64,000 nt of DNA, from positions 416,001 to 480,000 of the forward strand of contig CAWJJC010000020.1 of NCBI GenBank assembly GCA_963843145.1, written 5' to 3'. The notes below the pieces were generated by a model. It worked only from the letters and a program-made list of their open reading frames with translations, did no database searches and was not told the DNA's origin. This DNA is from an uncultured delta proteobacterium (lineage in GTDB: Bacteria > Desulfobacterota > RBG-13-43-22). Position 1 is the first letter of the stretch; every line of letters starts with the position of its first letter. Position numbers and translations under genes: made by a program. This document shows positions 55,572-64,000 of the stretch, piece by piece.

Positions 55572-57416
55572 TTACCTCCTGATGCTAATAACTCCCGTGC
55601 TGCCGTCCACCTTGATATAATCCCCGGTCTTGATCGCCTGGGTGCCGAGACCGGTGCCGACGATAGCCGGCACACCGTATTCCCGGCAAACAATGGCCGC
55701 GTGACACATGACCCCGCCCACGTCGGTGACGCAGGCCTTGATCTTCTGAAAGGCCGGGGCCCAACTGGGCGAGGTGGTGGGGGCCACGAGGATCTCGCCT
55801 TCCTGCAGTTGGTTGATTTCGGTCACGCTGCGGCAGACCCGGGCCGGCCCTTCCACCTGTCCGGGAGAGCCGGGGAAGCCCTTGAGTTCGGTCAGGGTGC
55901 TCAGATCGCCCACCTCTTTGGCCTTGGCCCAGTTGGTCATGCTCTCCGAGGTGACCCCCCAGAGAACGATGGTAAAGGGCTCGGTGATGGACTCCGGGGC
56001 GATCCCCAGGGCCGGCGGCGCGGTCCACTGCCGGAACTTATCCATGACCCCTTTGCGCCAGGTGATCTCCTTAGGCCAATAGAGCGGTCCGCGGGCCTTG
56101 GTGCCCGTGGCCCAACCGGTGACCAGATCCCAGAGGGCGTCCTTGATCTCGCTGCGCGAGAGGTACCAGATATCTTCCACGTCCTTGATAAAGCCGTGGT
56201 TGACCATAATGCCGGAAATCTTGCGCATCTGTTTCCAGAAGATGCTGTGGAACCAGTGCTCCACATAAAAGAGGTGGTTTTCCACGTAAGGAAAAACCGT
56301 TTTGGAAGTGCCCAGAAGCTGGTCGAAGGTAGCCCGGTCCTCATCGGTTTTCAGGAGCTTGCGGTATTCGGTGGTGATCTTGTCCCGTTCTTCCCGAACA
56401 TCGGCCAAGGGCCGTTCAATGGTGCCGCCCTTTTTCAGGGTGCCAATATAGATGCGGATCGAATCCAGCGGGATGTTGAGGTCATCCAGCCAGCAGGAGT
56501 CGTGGTGGTACCAACCGGTCCCGGTGGAGATGTAGAACCAGGGGTCTTTGGCCTTATCGAAGGCTGCCGTCCACTTCTTCCCCGCTTCTGTGGCCTGCAG
56601 TTTGGGCCAGAGCTGGTCGATCGTTCCGCCGTCCAGGATGGCATCGCCCAAACCCAGCTCCATGGCCAGCTTGGCCAATTTTTTCAGTTCCTCGTCGGGC
56701 TGGTACATGATGACGTCCACCCCGGAGACCATCTGGGTGACGCGCTGGATAGGAATATCCGGAAAGGCCTTCTGGCAGAAATCCAAAAAGACTACGTAGG
56801 CGGCATAACCGAGGTTTAAGAACTCAAAGTGATATTGCCAGGCCAGGATACCCAGGTCGATCAAATCGTCGTATTTTTTCAAGAGTTTATATCCGCTGCT
56901 GATTCCCAGACCTTCCAGTACCACCGACTCCTCCTCCATTTCCGGCAAATCGGAAATTTCGATAGCCGCTACCCTTTCAATCACCTCCCGCATCTTCTTT
57001 TCCCAATTATCATGGAGGCGATCCCAATTCTGGTAATAATAGCCGGCCCGCTTCATGAAGAGTTCGACCCGGGCGGGGATCGTACTCGGATCGGCCACCG
57101 GGACGGGGGTAATGTAGATATTGCCGTTTACGATGCGGTGATCGACTCCCAGGGCCGGCGGGACGATGAAAACCCGGGTATTATTCTGCGACAGGGCTAA
57201 GAACCAGGCCTCATCCCAGATGATGTCAAAGGGATACATCGGCTCGGGATAATGAAGGGCATCGTTAAACCAGAACATGCTTTTCTCATAGGCCTTTCGC
57301 TCCGGATCGTCGGTGGTAAACAGATAATGATAGGGATACATGCGTTCCCAGCCTTCCGTGCCGGGGATGGTGGGGATTTCATGGGGGTCAGGAAACTTCA
57401 TATTGGTTCCGGCCAT
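55572..57416 (-). CDS. ppsA: Phenylphosphate synthase alpha subunit (phospho-His domain)
   Basis: FPDPH....PGTEGWERMYPYHY N-terminus; TDVGGVMCHAAIVCREYG swivel-domain His; AAGGAG RBS. Confidence 0.88.
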   Translation of the reverse strand: MAGTNMKFPDPHEIPTIPGTEGWERMYPYHYLFTTDDPERKAYEKSMFWFNDALHYPEPMYPFDIIWDEAWFLALSQNNTRVFIVPPALGVDHRIVNGNIYITPVPVADPSTIPARVELFMKRAGYYYQNWDRLHDNWEKKMREVIERVAAIEISDLPEMEEESVVLEGLGISSGYKLLKKYDDLIDLGILAWQYHFEFLNLGYAAYVVFLDFCQKAFPDIPIQRVTQMVSGVDVIMYQPDEELKKLAKLAMELGLGDAILDGGTIDQLWPKLQATEAGKKWTAAFDKAKDPWFYISTGTGWYHHDSCWLDDLNIPLDSIRIYIGTLKKGGTIERPLADVREERDKITTEYRKLLKTDEDRATFDQLLGTSKTVFPYVENHLFYVEHWFHSIFWKQMRKISGIMVNHGFIKDVEDIWYLSRSEIKDALWDLVTGWATGTKARGPLYWPKEITWRKGVMDKFRQWTAPPALGIAPESITEPFTIVLWGVTSESMTNWAKAKEVGDLSTLTELKGFPGSPGQVEGPARVCRSVTEINQLQEGEILVAPTTSPSWAPAFQKIKACVTDVGGVMCHAAIVCREYGVPAIVGTGLGTQAIKTGDYIKVDGSTGVISIRR

Positions 57417-57595
57417 CTTTGCTTCTCCTTTTTGGTGGTGGGTAAAAATTAAAAGCAAAATACCTCTCCCTAAACTAAAGAACTATGAAGAAAAAAAATC
57501 ACCTCCTTTTCGTGTTTTTCGGAGTCCCTCAGGGATTGCAATTTCAGCGTCGGGATGCTTGCGGATAGGCGCCAGGCCTCTGGGAGCTAGCTTAA

Positions 57596-57624
57596 AGGGT
57601 AAAAAAAAACCCGGGTCTTGTCAA
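57596..57624 (-). promoter_or_regulatory. Sigma70 promoter for ppsA
   Basis: Minus strand TTGACA-17 nt-TACCCT. Confidence 0.6.
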
Positions 57625-57643
57625 GACAATTGATTTTATGATA

Positions 57644-57662
57644 CTATAAGAATTATTTATAG
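57644..57662. promoter_or_regulatory. LysR recognition box
   Basis: CTATAA-gaattat-TTATAG dyad containing T-N11-A, centred about -64 from the predicted ppsA transcription start. Confidence 0.65.
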
Positions 57663-57677
57663 CTAGGGCTCGCCCAT

Positions 57678-58583
57678 ATGAACCTTAACCAATTAAAATT
57701 ATTTTATATTTCAGGAAAAAGCCAGAGCTTCTCCGCCGCCGCCGAAGAACTCTATCTGACCCAGCCGGCAGTGACCATGCAGGTCCGGCAACTGGAAAAC
57801 TATTTTGGGGTACCCTTGTTTCATCGCCACGGAAAACGGATCGAGTTAACCGAGGCCGGCCGCCTCCTTTTCGGCTATGCCCGGAGAATCTTCGACCTGA
57901 CGGCAACCGCCGAAAGGGCCGTCTGGGAGTTGCGGGACCTGGAAAAGGGGACCCTAAAAATCGGCACCACCAAAACCTACGCCAAGCACCTCATGCCGGC
58001 CCTGATCTCCTCCTTTCGCGAACTGCACCCGGGCGTCCATGTCATCCTGGATGAGGGTAGCTCGGCGGAAATTGCCCGCAGCCTGCTGGTCCACAAGAAT
58101 GAGTTGGCCCTGATCGCCAAGGAATCCTATCCCCCGCCCTTAAAGGTGATTTCCTTTGCCCAGGAGGAACTGGTCCTGATCCTGGGACGCTATCACCCTT
58201 TAAGCAAGAGTCGCAAGCTGACCTTCCGGGATCTGGCCCGGGAGCCGCTGATCATCCGGGAAAGGGGCTCCGGCACCCGGGATATTATCCTGGATCATTT
58301 CCGGAAAGCCGGAATCAAACCCTCCATATTAACCGAAGCGGGAAATGTGGACTTCATCAAGGAACTGGTGGAAACCGGCAAGGGGATCTCCTTCGTGGTC
58401 CGCTCGGCGGTGGAAGAAGAACTGAAACGGGGCGCCCTTAAAACCCGGGCCCTGGCCGAGGGGCCTTTTTATTTAAATGTGGATATTGTTTACTTGAAAA
58501 ACCGCAGCCTCTCCCCCACGGCTCAGGCTTTTCTGGACCTGCTTTTGAAAAAAATCGGGGTCAGCGATGAAGCCCTGGCTTGA
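57678..58583 (+). CDS. LysR family transcriptional regulator
   Basis: MNLNQLKLF...SFSAAAEELYLTQPAVT.Q.RQLE, LTEAG, RERGSGTR. Confidence 0.96.
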   Translation: MNLNQLKLFYISGKSQSFSAAAEELYLTQPAVTMQVRQLENYFGVPLFHRHGKRIELTEAGRLLFGYARRIFDLTATAERAVWELRDLEKGTLKIGTTKTYAKHLMPALISSFRELHPGVHVILDEGSSAEIARSLLVHKNELALIAKESYPPPLKVISFAQEELVLILGRYHPLSKSRKLTFRDLAREPLIIRERGSGTRDIILDHFRKAGIKPSILTEAGNVDFIKELVETGKGISFVVRSAVEEELKRGALKTRALAEGPFYLNVDIVYLKNRSLSPTAQAFLDLLLKKIGVSDEALA

Positions 58584-58620
58584 ATCGGGTGGGGACCTGC
58601 CGGCCTATACCGGTTATTCC

Positions 58621-58664
58621 ATTGACACCGATCTAATTTTAAAGTTAGAATCGGTATCGTCAAT
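58621..58664 (+). promoter_or_regulatory. Sigma70 promoter embedded in a long imperfect palindrome
   Basis: TTGACA(58622)-18 nt-TAGAAT; attgacaccgatctaattt / aaagttagaatcggtatcgtcaat. Confidence 0.5.
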
Positions 58665-58697
58665 TCGGAGAGCTCCAAATCCAGTAAGAGGTGATTC

Positions 58698-59156
58698 ATG
58701 ACCCACATAAAAAAAATAGCCTATAGTACGGATTTTTCCGAGAATGCCGATCAGGCCTTTGAATTGGCCTTCGATCTGGCGAAAAAGTACGGGGCCCGGC
58801 TGTTTTTGGTCCATGTGGTCCCGCCCCTGGTCTTTCCTTCTCCTACCATGGAGGAATTCATTTCCGAACAGGCCAATTACCAGTTCATCGAACAGGTGAC
58901 CCAACGGTCCACCGAACAACTGGAAAGCCGTTATGTTGGGCGGATGGACGATTACCGCAATGTCGAGGTCCGGGTCCTCTCCGGCCACCCGGCCAGTGAA
59001 ATCCTGAACTTCATCGACCAGGAACAAGTGGACCTGGTGGTCATGGGCACCCATGGCTTTACCGGGCTGGCCCATTTCTTCCTGGGCAGTACCGCCGAAA
59101 AAGTGGTCCGTCGGGCCGGCTGTTCGGTTCTGACGGTTCATTCGCCCAGAGCCTGA
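58698..59156 (+). CDS. Universal stress protein
   Basis: TDFSENA, DLVVMGTHG.TG, LGSTAEKVVRRA. Confidence 0.93.
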   Translation: MTHIKKIAYSTDFSENADQAFELAFDLAKKYGARLFLVHVVPPLVFPSPTMEEFISEQANYQFIEQVTQRSTEQLESRYVGRMDDYRNVEVRVLSGHPASEILNFIDQEQVDLVVMGTHGFTGLAHFFLGSTAEKVVRRAGCSVLTVHSPRA

Positions 59157-59309
59157 TCGGCCTCCCGAGCCTGATAGGCCGGAAAAGTCCAACGCGCTTT
59201 TAATCGTCCACCGAACGGCGACCGAACCGAGTGGCGAATACCGTCCCCCTTTTCCGCTGGGTTCAACGCTGGTCAACGATCGGATGGCTGCCATGGAGAA
59301 AAGGCGAAA

Positions 59310-59867
59310 ATGGCCATTGAAAAAGAGGTAACCTGCCCCCACTGCTTGAAACCCTTCCAGGCTGTCCCGCGGATTTCATTGCTCGGCTTTCAAAAGTTCG
59401 CCTGTCCCCACTGTCGGAAACCCATCCTCTATCCGCTTTATTCCCGAACCTATTACTGGGTCATCTTTACTCTGCTCGGCCTGGTGGTGCTCTTGTCCCT
59501 GGCCGGGCTGTCGGAAACCGATTGGGGGGAGCAACTGTTGGCGGGAACCCTCTGGCTTTTCCTTTATTTATACAACCGCCGGTTTCTGCTGTTGATCCCC
59601 CTGGCCATCTGGGGAATTATCCGCCTGTTCGGGATACCCTATCCCCGGATGAAAGCGGTAGCCCGCCCCATTCTTTATTATCTGGGGCTCATCGCCCTGG
59701 TGGGTCTCGCGCTGGTTGTCCTGGGCGCCGTGGCCATCCTGATTGTCAGCGGCATCATCATTCCTCCGCTGATCGGGGCGCTGTTCTTGAGCGCCGTTTT
59801 TTCTTATGGCCTTTGGAAAGACGCCTCCCTCAAGAAAAAATTGAAGGGGATAGGGAAACCATTTTAA
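59310..59867 (+). CDS. Hypothetical membrane protein with N-terminal zinc ribbon
   Basis: CPHC...CPHC followed by hydrophobic helices. Confidence 0.7.
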   Translation: MAIEKEVTCPHCLKPFQAVPRISLLGFQKFACPHCRKPILYPLYSRTYYWVIFTLLGLVVLLSLAGLSETDWGEQLLAGTLWLFLYLYNRRFLLLIPLAIWGIIRLFGIPYPRMKAVARPILYYLGLIALVGLALVVLGAVAILIVSGIIIPPLIGALFLSAVFSYGLWKDASLKKKLKGIGKPF

Positions 59868-59889
59868 CTTCAATTTAAACGAGGCTTTT

Positions 59890-61839
59890 ATGGAAGAGCC
59901 AAAAAGAACGGGAAAAGTACAAAACTTTTTAAAGGCCGTTCCTCCCTTTCACCTGCTTCCCAACATGGCCTTGCAAGAACTGGCCCTGACCCTAACCATC
60001 GAACATTTTTCTGAGGGTGAAATCATTCTCCATCCCGATGGTCCGCCCACCCAATTCCTCTACCTGATCCGTACCGGAGGCGTAAAATTTTTGATCCCCG
60101 ACAAGCAAAACGAAGGTGGAGAAAAAATTATCGATATCCGGGGCGAAAAGGAATTTTTCGGAATTTTTTCCCTCCTGTCCAACCGCCCCAGCCCTTTTAA
60201 AATCGTGGCTGAAACGGATTCGATCTGTTACCTGTTAAAAAAAGGGGTCTTTGCCCGGATTCTGGACCAGCACGTCGACGTGTTGCTTTATTTCACCATG
60301 GGGCCCAGCAAAGGGTTTAAAACGGGGGCCACCGCTAAAGTCGGCGCCGGTGCGGATCCGCCCGGAATGGAGGCGGACCACCTGCTTTTTTCCACCAAAG
60401 TTCGGGATATCATGCATCGCCAGGTGTTAACCTGTCTGCCCGCCGAGACCATCGTGGAGGCCGCCCGGCGGATGACCCAGCGGGGTGTGGGCTCTCTGAT
60501 CGTGGTCGACCCCGAGCAGCAGCCTATCGGCATTGTCACTGATGGAGACCTGCGTAAAAAAGTGATCGCTTCCGGGCAGTTGGACAACCGGCCGGTGGAA
60601 GCCATCATGAGCGTTCCCCTAAAGTCAATTCCCCCGGAATCTTTTTACTTTGAAGCCGTCATCTCCATGATCCGCCACCGGATCAAATACCTGCCGGTCA
60701 TGGAAGAAGACGAACTGGTCGGCATTCTCTCCGAGCGAGACCTTATGATCTCCCAGGGGAACAACCCGGTGGCCGTCATCCGGCAGATTCATCAGGCCCC
60801 CGACCTGGACCAGTTGGTGGTCATCCATAAAGATATTACCCGGACCATGAAGGTCATGCTCGAGCGGGGAGGCCAAGCCAAGGAAATTTGTGAACTGATC
60901 ACCCAGCTCAACGATCACCTGACCTATAAAATTATCCGTCTGGGCGAGGAAGCCCTAGTCCAACAAGGGCTGGGAAATCCGCCGGTTGAATATATCTGGA
61001 TGGCCCTGGGCAGCGAAGGGCGTCAGGAACAGACCCTCTCCACCGATCAGGATAACGCCCTGGTCTTTGCCGACGTCGAGCAATCTCGGGAATCCGAAGT
61101 CCAAGCCTACTTTCTGGCCCTGGCCGAACAAGTGGTCTCCGGACTGGAGCGCTGCGGGTTTCCCCGCTGCACCGGGGACATGATGGCCTCCAACCCGAAG
61201 TGGTGCCAGCCACTCCGGGTTTGGAAAGACTATTACCGGAAATGGATTACGACTCGGGATCTTTCCGCCCAGGACATCCTGATATCCTCCATTTTCTTCG
61301 ATTTTCGGACCATCTTGGGGCCGGAGAATTTTCTGAAGGAACTGAGCCAGGTCATCAAAGAGGCGGTGGGCCAGAGCCGGACCTTCCTGCCCAATATGGC
61401 CTTGCGCTCTCTGGAAACCCGGCCCCCGTTGGGTTTTTTCAACCGGCTGATCGTGGAAAAATCCGGTGAATATAAGAACATGCTCAATTTGAAACTGCAC
61501 GGTTTTATCCCTCTGGTCGATGCCGTCCGCATTTTAGCCTTGGAGCAAGGCCTGACCAAAACCAACACCCTGGAACGCATCCAGGGTTTGACGGATAAAG
61601 GGGTTTTTCCCGGGGATGATGGAAGAGACCTCTACGAATCCTTCAACCTGCTGATGCTCCTGCGGTTTCGGCATCACCTCGATCAGATGAACCGCGGGCA
61701 AAAACTGGATAACTATATCAAACCCTCGGCCTTGACTCAGATCCAGCGTTCCATGCTTAAATCGGCTTTCAAGGCCATCGACCGTCTTCAGAACCAGATA
61801 GAAATCCGCTTCGGTCTTACTGCCTTGCGGCAGCGCTAA
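59890..61839 (+). CDS. cNMP-binding/CBS/DUF294 nucleotidyltransferase-like protein
   Basis: cNMP domain, two CBS, LGSEGRQEQTLSTDQDNAL, C.GD.MASNP.W, IFFDFR. Confidence 0.93.
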   Translation: MEEPKRTGKVQNFLKAVPPFHLLPNMALQELALTLTIEHFSEGEIILHPDGPPTQFLYLIRTGGVKFLIPDKQNEGGEKIIDIRGEKEFFGIFSLLSNRPSPFKIVAETDSICYLLKKGVFARILDQHVDVLLYFTMGPSKGFKTGATAKVGAGADPPGMEADHLLFSTKVRDIMHRQVLTCLPAETIVEAARRMTQRGVGSLIVVDPEQQPIGIVTDGDLRKKVIASGQLDNRPVEAIMSVPLKSIPPESFYFEAVISMIRHRIKYLPVMEEDELVGILSERDLMISQGNNPVAVIRQIHQAPDLDQLVVIHKDITRTMKVMLERGGQAKEICELITQLNDHLTYKIIRLGEEALVQQGLGNPPVEYIWMALGSEGRQEQTLSTDQDNALVFADVEQSRESEVQAYFLALAEQVVSGLERCGFPRCTGDMMASNPKWCQPLRVWKDYYRKWITTRDLSAQDILISSIFFDFRTILGPENFLKELSQVIKEAVGQSRTFLPNMALRSLETRPPLGFFNRLIVEKSGEYKNMLNLKLHGFIPLVDAVRILALEQGLTKTNTLERIQGLTDKGVFPGDDGRDLYESFNLLMLLRFRHHLDQMNRGQKLDNYIKPSALTQIQRSMLKSAFKAIDRLQNQIEIRFGLTALRQR

Positions 61840-61875
61840 AGGCCTCCTGGTGAAGCGAGCGGTGCGGGAACCGGC

Positions 61876-63747
61876 ATGAGCAGATCCAATTGGCCCGACG
61901 ATTATCTGAGAAAACGGGTTTCGGCCCAGGAGGCGATCCGGAAGATTCAATCCGGGCAAAGGATCTTTATCGGCTCCTCCTGCGGAGAACCCCAATGTCT
62001 GGCCCGGGAACTGGTGAACCAGGCCCATTCTTTTGCCGATCTGGAAGTTGTCCGCCTGCTGAGTCTGGAAAGTTCCCCCCTGACCCAAATTGCCGCCAAA
62101 AGCGGAGGTAATTGCATTACCATTCGTTCTTTTTACCTGGGGTCGATCAAACCCCGGAGCCTGGAACGGAACAAGCGTTTTATGACCCCGATCAACCTTT
62201 CCGCCGTGCCCCGCTTGCTGAAAAGCCGCCAAATTCCCGTGCATGTGGCCCTGATTCAGGTGTCTCCCCCCGATGATTTCGGCTGGATGAGCCTGGGCGT
62301 TTCGGTGGATATCACCCTGGCCGGCGCCCAATCGGCCGACCTGGTGATTGCCCAGGTGAACAGCCGCATGCCGCGGGTTCTGGGACGCAGTTTCCTGCAT
62401 GTCGATGATGTGCACCTGATCGTGGAATGCGAAGAAGACCTGCTGACCATCACCGATCCGCCCGAATCGCCGGCGACCCGAAGGATTGCCGAGCATGTGG
62501 CCAAGTTGATCGACGATGGCTCAACCATTCAAATCAGTCTCGGGGCGGCCCCCCGAGCCACCCTGCTGGGATTAGGCGATCGCAAGGACCTGGGCATCCA
62601 CACCCGTTACCTGACCGACGCCATCATGGATCTGGTGGCCCGCGGGGTCATCACCAACCGAAAGAAGGGGTTCCACGAGGGCAAACTGGTGGCCAGCGCC
62701 GCCATCGGATCCATGGACCTTTATGCCATTATCAACGACAACCCGGGTATTGAGTTTTTCCCCTCCGATTATGTGAATAACCCGGCGATCATAGCCCGGA
62801 ATAACAAAATGGTGGCCTTGAATGTGGCCATGGCCATGGATCTCACCGGACAAGTGGCCGCCGATGCCCTACCCTATAATAATTTTTCCGGGGTATCCGG
62901 GATGATGGATTTTATTCGGGGGGCCGCGGACGCCCCGGAAGGGAAATCCATCCTCATGCTTCCCTCCACCACCCTGGATGGGAAAAGCAGCCGCATCGTC
63001 CCCTCCCTGGAAAACATCGCCGTGGTGGTCCCCCGGGGGGATGTGCATTTCGTCGTTACCGAGTACGGCATCGTCAACCTCTTCGGCAAGAGCCTTCAGG
63101 AACGGGCCATGGCCCTGATCAGCATCGCCCATCCCGATTTCCGGGAAGATCTCTTTTACCAGGCCAAAAAAATCGGCCTGCTGGGTCCGGAACGGACCCT
63201 CAGCGAATCCATTTTCGGCATTTACCCCTTGAAGGTAGAAGAAACCCGGACCATCGACGGCAGGAAGGTCTTTTTCCGGCCATCCAAGCCCACGGATGAG
63301 CGGCTCATCCAGGAGCATTTCTACGACATGGACAAGGATGATGTGATTTCCCGCTTCATGCATGAAAAATTACTCTTCTCCCGTCAGGACCTGGCGGATA
63401 TGTACCAGGTTGATTACATCAAGAACATGACCGTCGTGGCCGTGGTCGGAGAGGTGGGATTTGAGCGTATCGTGGCCGTAGGGGCTTATTTTTTCGAACC
63501 GGCCCGAAACACCGCGGAGGTAGCCTTCTCGGTGCTCAAGGACTGGCAGGGGAAGGGCTTGAGCTCCATTATCATCAAAAAGCTGGCCGACGCGGCCCGG
63601 GAAAAAGGGATTTCCGGACTGACGGCCTACACCGCACCCCAAAACCAGCGGATGATCCAGTTGTTCAAGTCCTTGCCCTATAAGGTCCATACTTCTCTTG
63701 AAGAAGATATGCTGTTTTTGAACTGCCGTTTTGACGAGCCGCTTTAA
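61876..63747 (+). CDS. Acetyl-CoA hydrolase/transferase fused to a GNAT domain
   Basis: QVSPPDDFG..SLGVSVD, DLTGQV, G..DFIRGA, VVTEYG; C-terminal AEVAFSV..DWQGKG. Confidence 0.92.
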   Translation: MSRSNWPDDYLRKRVSAQEAIRKIQSGQRIFIGSSCGEPQCLARELVNQAHSFADLEVVRLLSLESSPLTQIAAKSGGNCITIRSFYLGSIKPRSLERNKRFMTPINLSAVPRLLKSRQIPVHVALIQVSPPDDFGWMSLGVSVDITLAGAQSADLVIAQVNSRMPRVLGRSFLHVDDVHLIVECEEDLLTITDPPESPATRRIAEHVAKLIDDGSTIQISLGAAPRATLLGLGDRKDLGIHTRYLTDAIMDLVARGVITNRKKGFHEGKLVASAAIGSMDLYAIINDNPGIEFFPSDYVNNPAIIARNNKMVALNVAMAMDLTGQVAADALPYNNFSGVSGMMDFIRGAADAPEGKSILMLPSTTLDGKSSRIVPSLENIAVVVPRGDVHFVVTEYGIVNLFGKSLQERAMALISIAHPDFREDLFYQAKKIGLLGPERTLSESIFGIYPLKVEETRTIDGRKVFFRPSKPTDERLIQEHFYDMDKDDVISRFMHEKLLFSRQDLADMYQVDYIKNMTVVAVVGEVGFERIVAVGAYFFEPARNTAEVAFSVLKDWQGKGLSSIIIKKLADAAREKGISGLTAYTAPQNQRMIQLFKSLPYKVHTSLEEDMLFLNCRFDEPL

Positions 63748-63774
63748 GACCAAAAAGGGATTCGGGATTTTAAC

Positions 63775-63960
63775 ATGAAAAACAAGGAAGTCTGGCCGTT
63801 CGTTTTTTTGCTGGGACTGCTGTTCTTTAATTGGCCGCTGATGGACCTCTTTGGATCGATACTGCCTTATTATCTCTATTCGGCCTGGTTTCTTTTCATT
63901 CTGGGAATCGGTTTCCTGGCCACCGTGAAAGGTCGGGTGGAAAAAAACGATCATGTTTAA
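63775..63960 (+). CDS. Small membrane protein
   Basis: LFFNWPL...YYLYSAW; two TM segments; overlaps the next start. Confidence 0.65.
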   Translation: MKNKEVWPFVFLLGLLFFNWPLMDLFGSILPYYLYSAWFLFILGIGFLATVKGRVEKNDHV

Positions 63961-64000
63961 AAACTGGCAGCTTTCCCTGATCAGCCTGGGGTATCTGAGC
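63953..64000 (+). CDS. Start of a probable sodium:solute symporter or SLC5-sensor protein (partial)
   Basis: MFKNWQLSLISLGYLS; only 16 codons visible. Confidence 0.4.
   Translation, partial: MFKNWQLSLISLGYLS

Noticed and set aside
55701-56819. 372-aa plus-strand ORF
   Set aside because: Antisense shadow of ppsA
54483-57416. Split PEP synthase
   Set aside because: No PEP/pyruvate-binding TIM-barrel domain; the alpha-subunit N-terminus and adjacent UbiD fit phenylphosphate synthase
57420-57590. Riboswitch or leader peptide in the ppsA 5' UTR (contains AGGAGGTGA)
   Set aside because: No recognisable aptamer consensus and no convincing start codon after the SD-like sequence
1-64000. tRNA, rRNA, intact IS or prophage genes
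   Set aside because: None recognised by eye; a tRNAscan/Rfam run would be needed to exclude small RNAs

Overview
Bacterial chromosomal window, most likely from an anaerobic Desulfobacterota/deltaproteobacterium (inferred from the Hdr, sigma54 and aromatic-degradation gene content). Five blocks. (1) 1-13 kb: redox and regulatory region with hdrC-hdrB-short hdrA-nuoE/nuoF-like genes behind a sigma54 promoter, a heme-c sensor kinase, a sigma54 activator with two Cys-motif PAS domains, and a divergent membrane cytochrome b/c-HdrC plus HdrB pair. (2) 13-19.8 kb: housekeeping and hypothetical genes. (3) ~19.9-32.7 kb: a decaying defence island with type III R-M remnants, rhuM, a Panacea/PemK-like pair, an attC-flanked cassette gene, an EcoAI-like type I R-M locus and three DUF1016 copies. 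(4) 32.8-41.5 kb: lemA/TPM genes, glycan-related genes and gene fragments. (5) 41.5-58.6 kb: an anaerobic phenol-type carboxylation cluster (ppsA-ppsB-ppcB-CoA ligase-Tm-1-lpdD-ubiX-Tm-1-HD-thiS-hypothetical-hcrBCA-like) facing a divergent LysR gene, followed by an acetate/CoA-transferase module. Several otherwise intact genes carry single-base frameshifts, which suggests long-read consensus errors. All family calls come from motif recognition by eye; no database searches were run.
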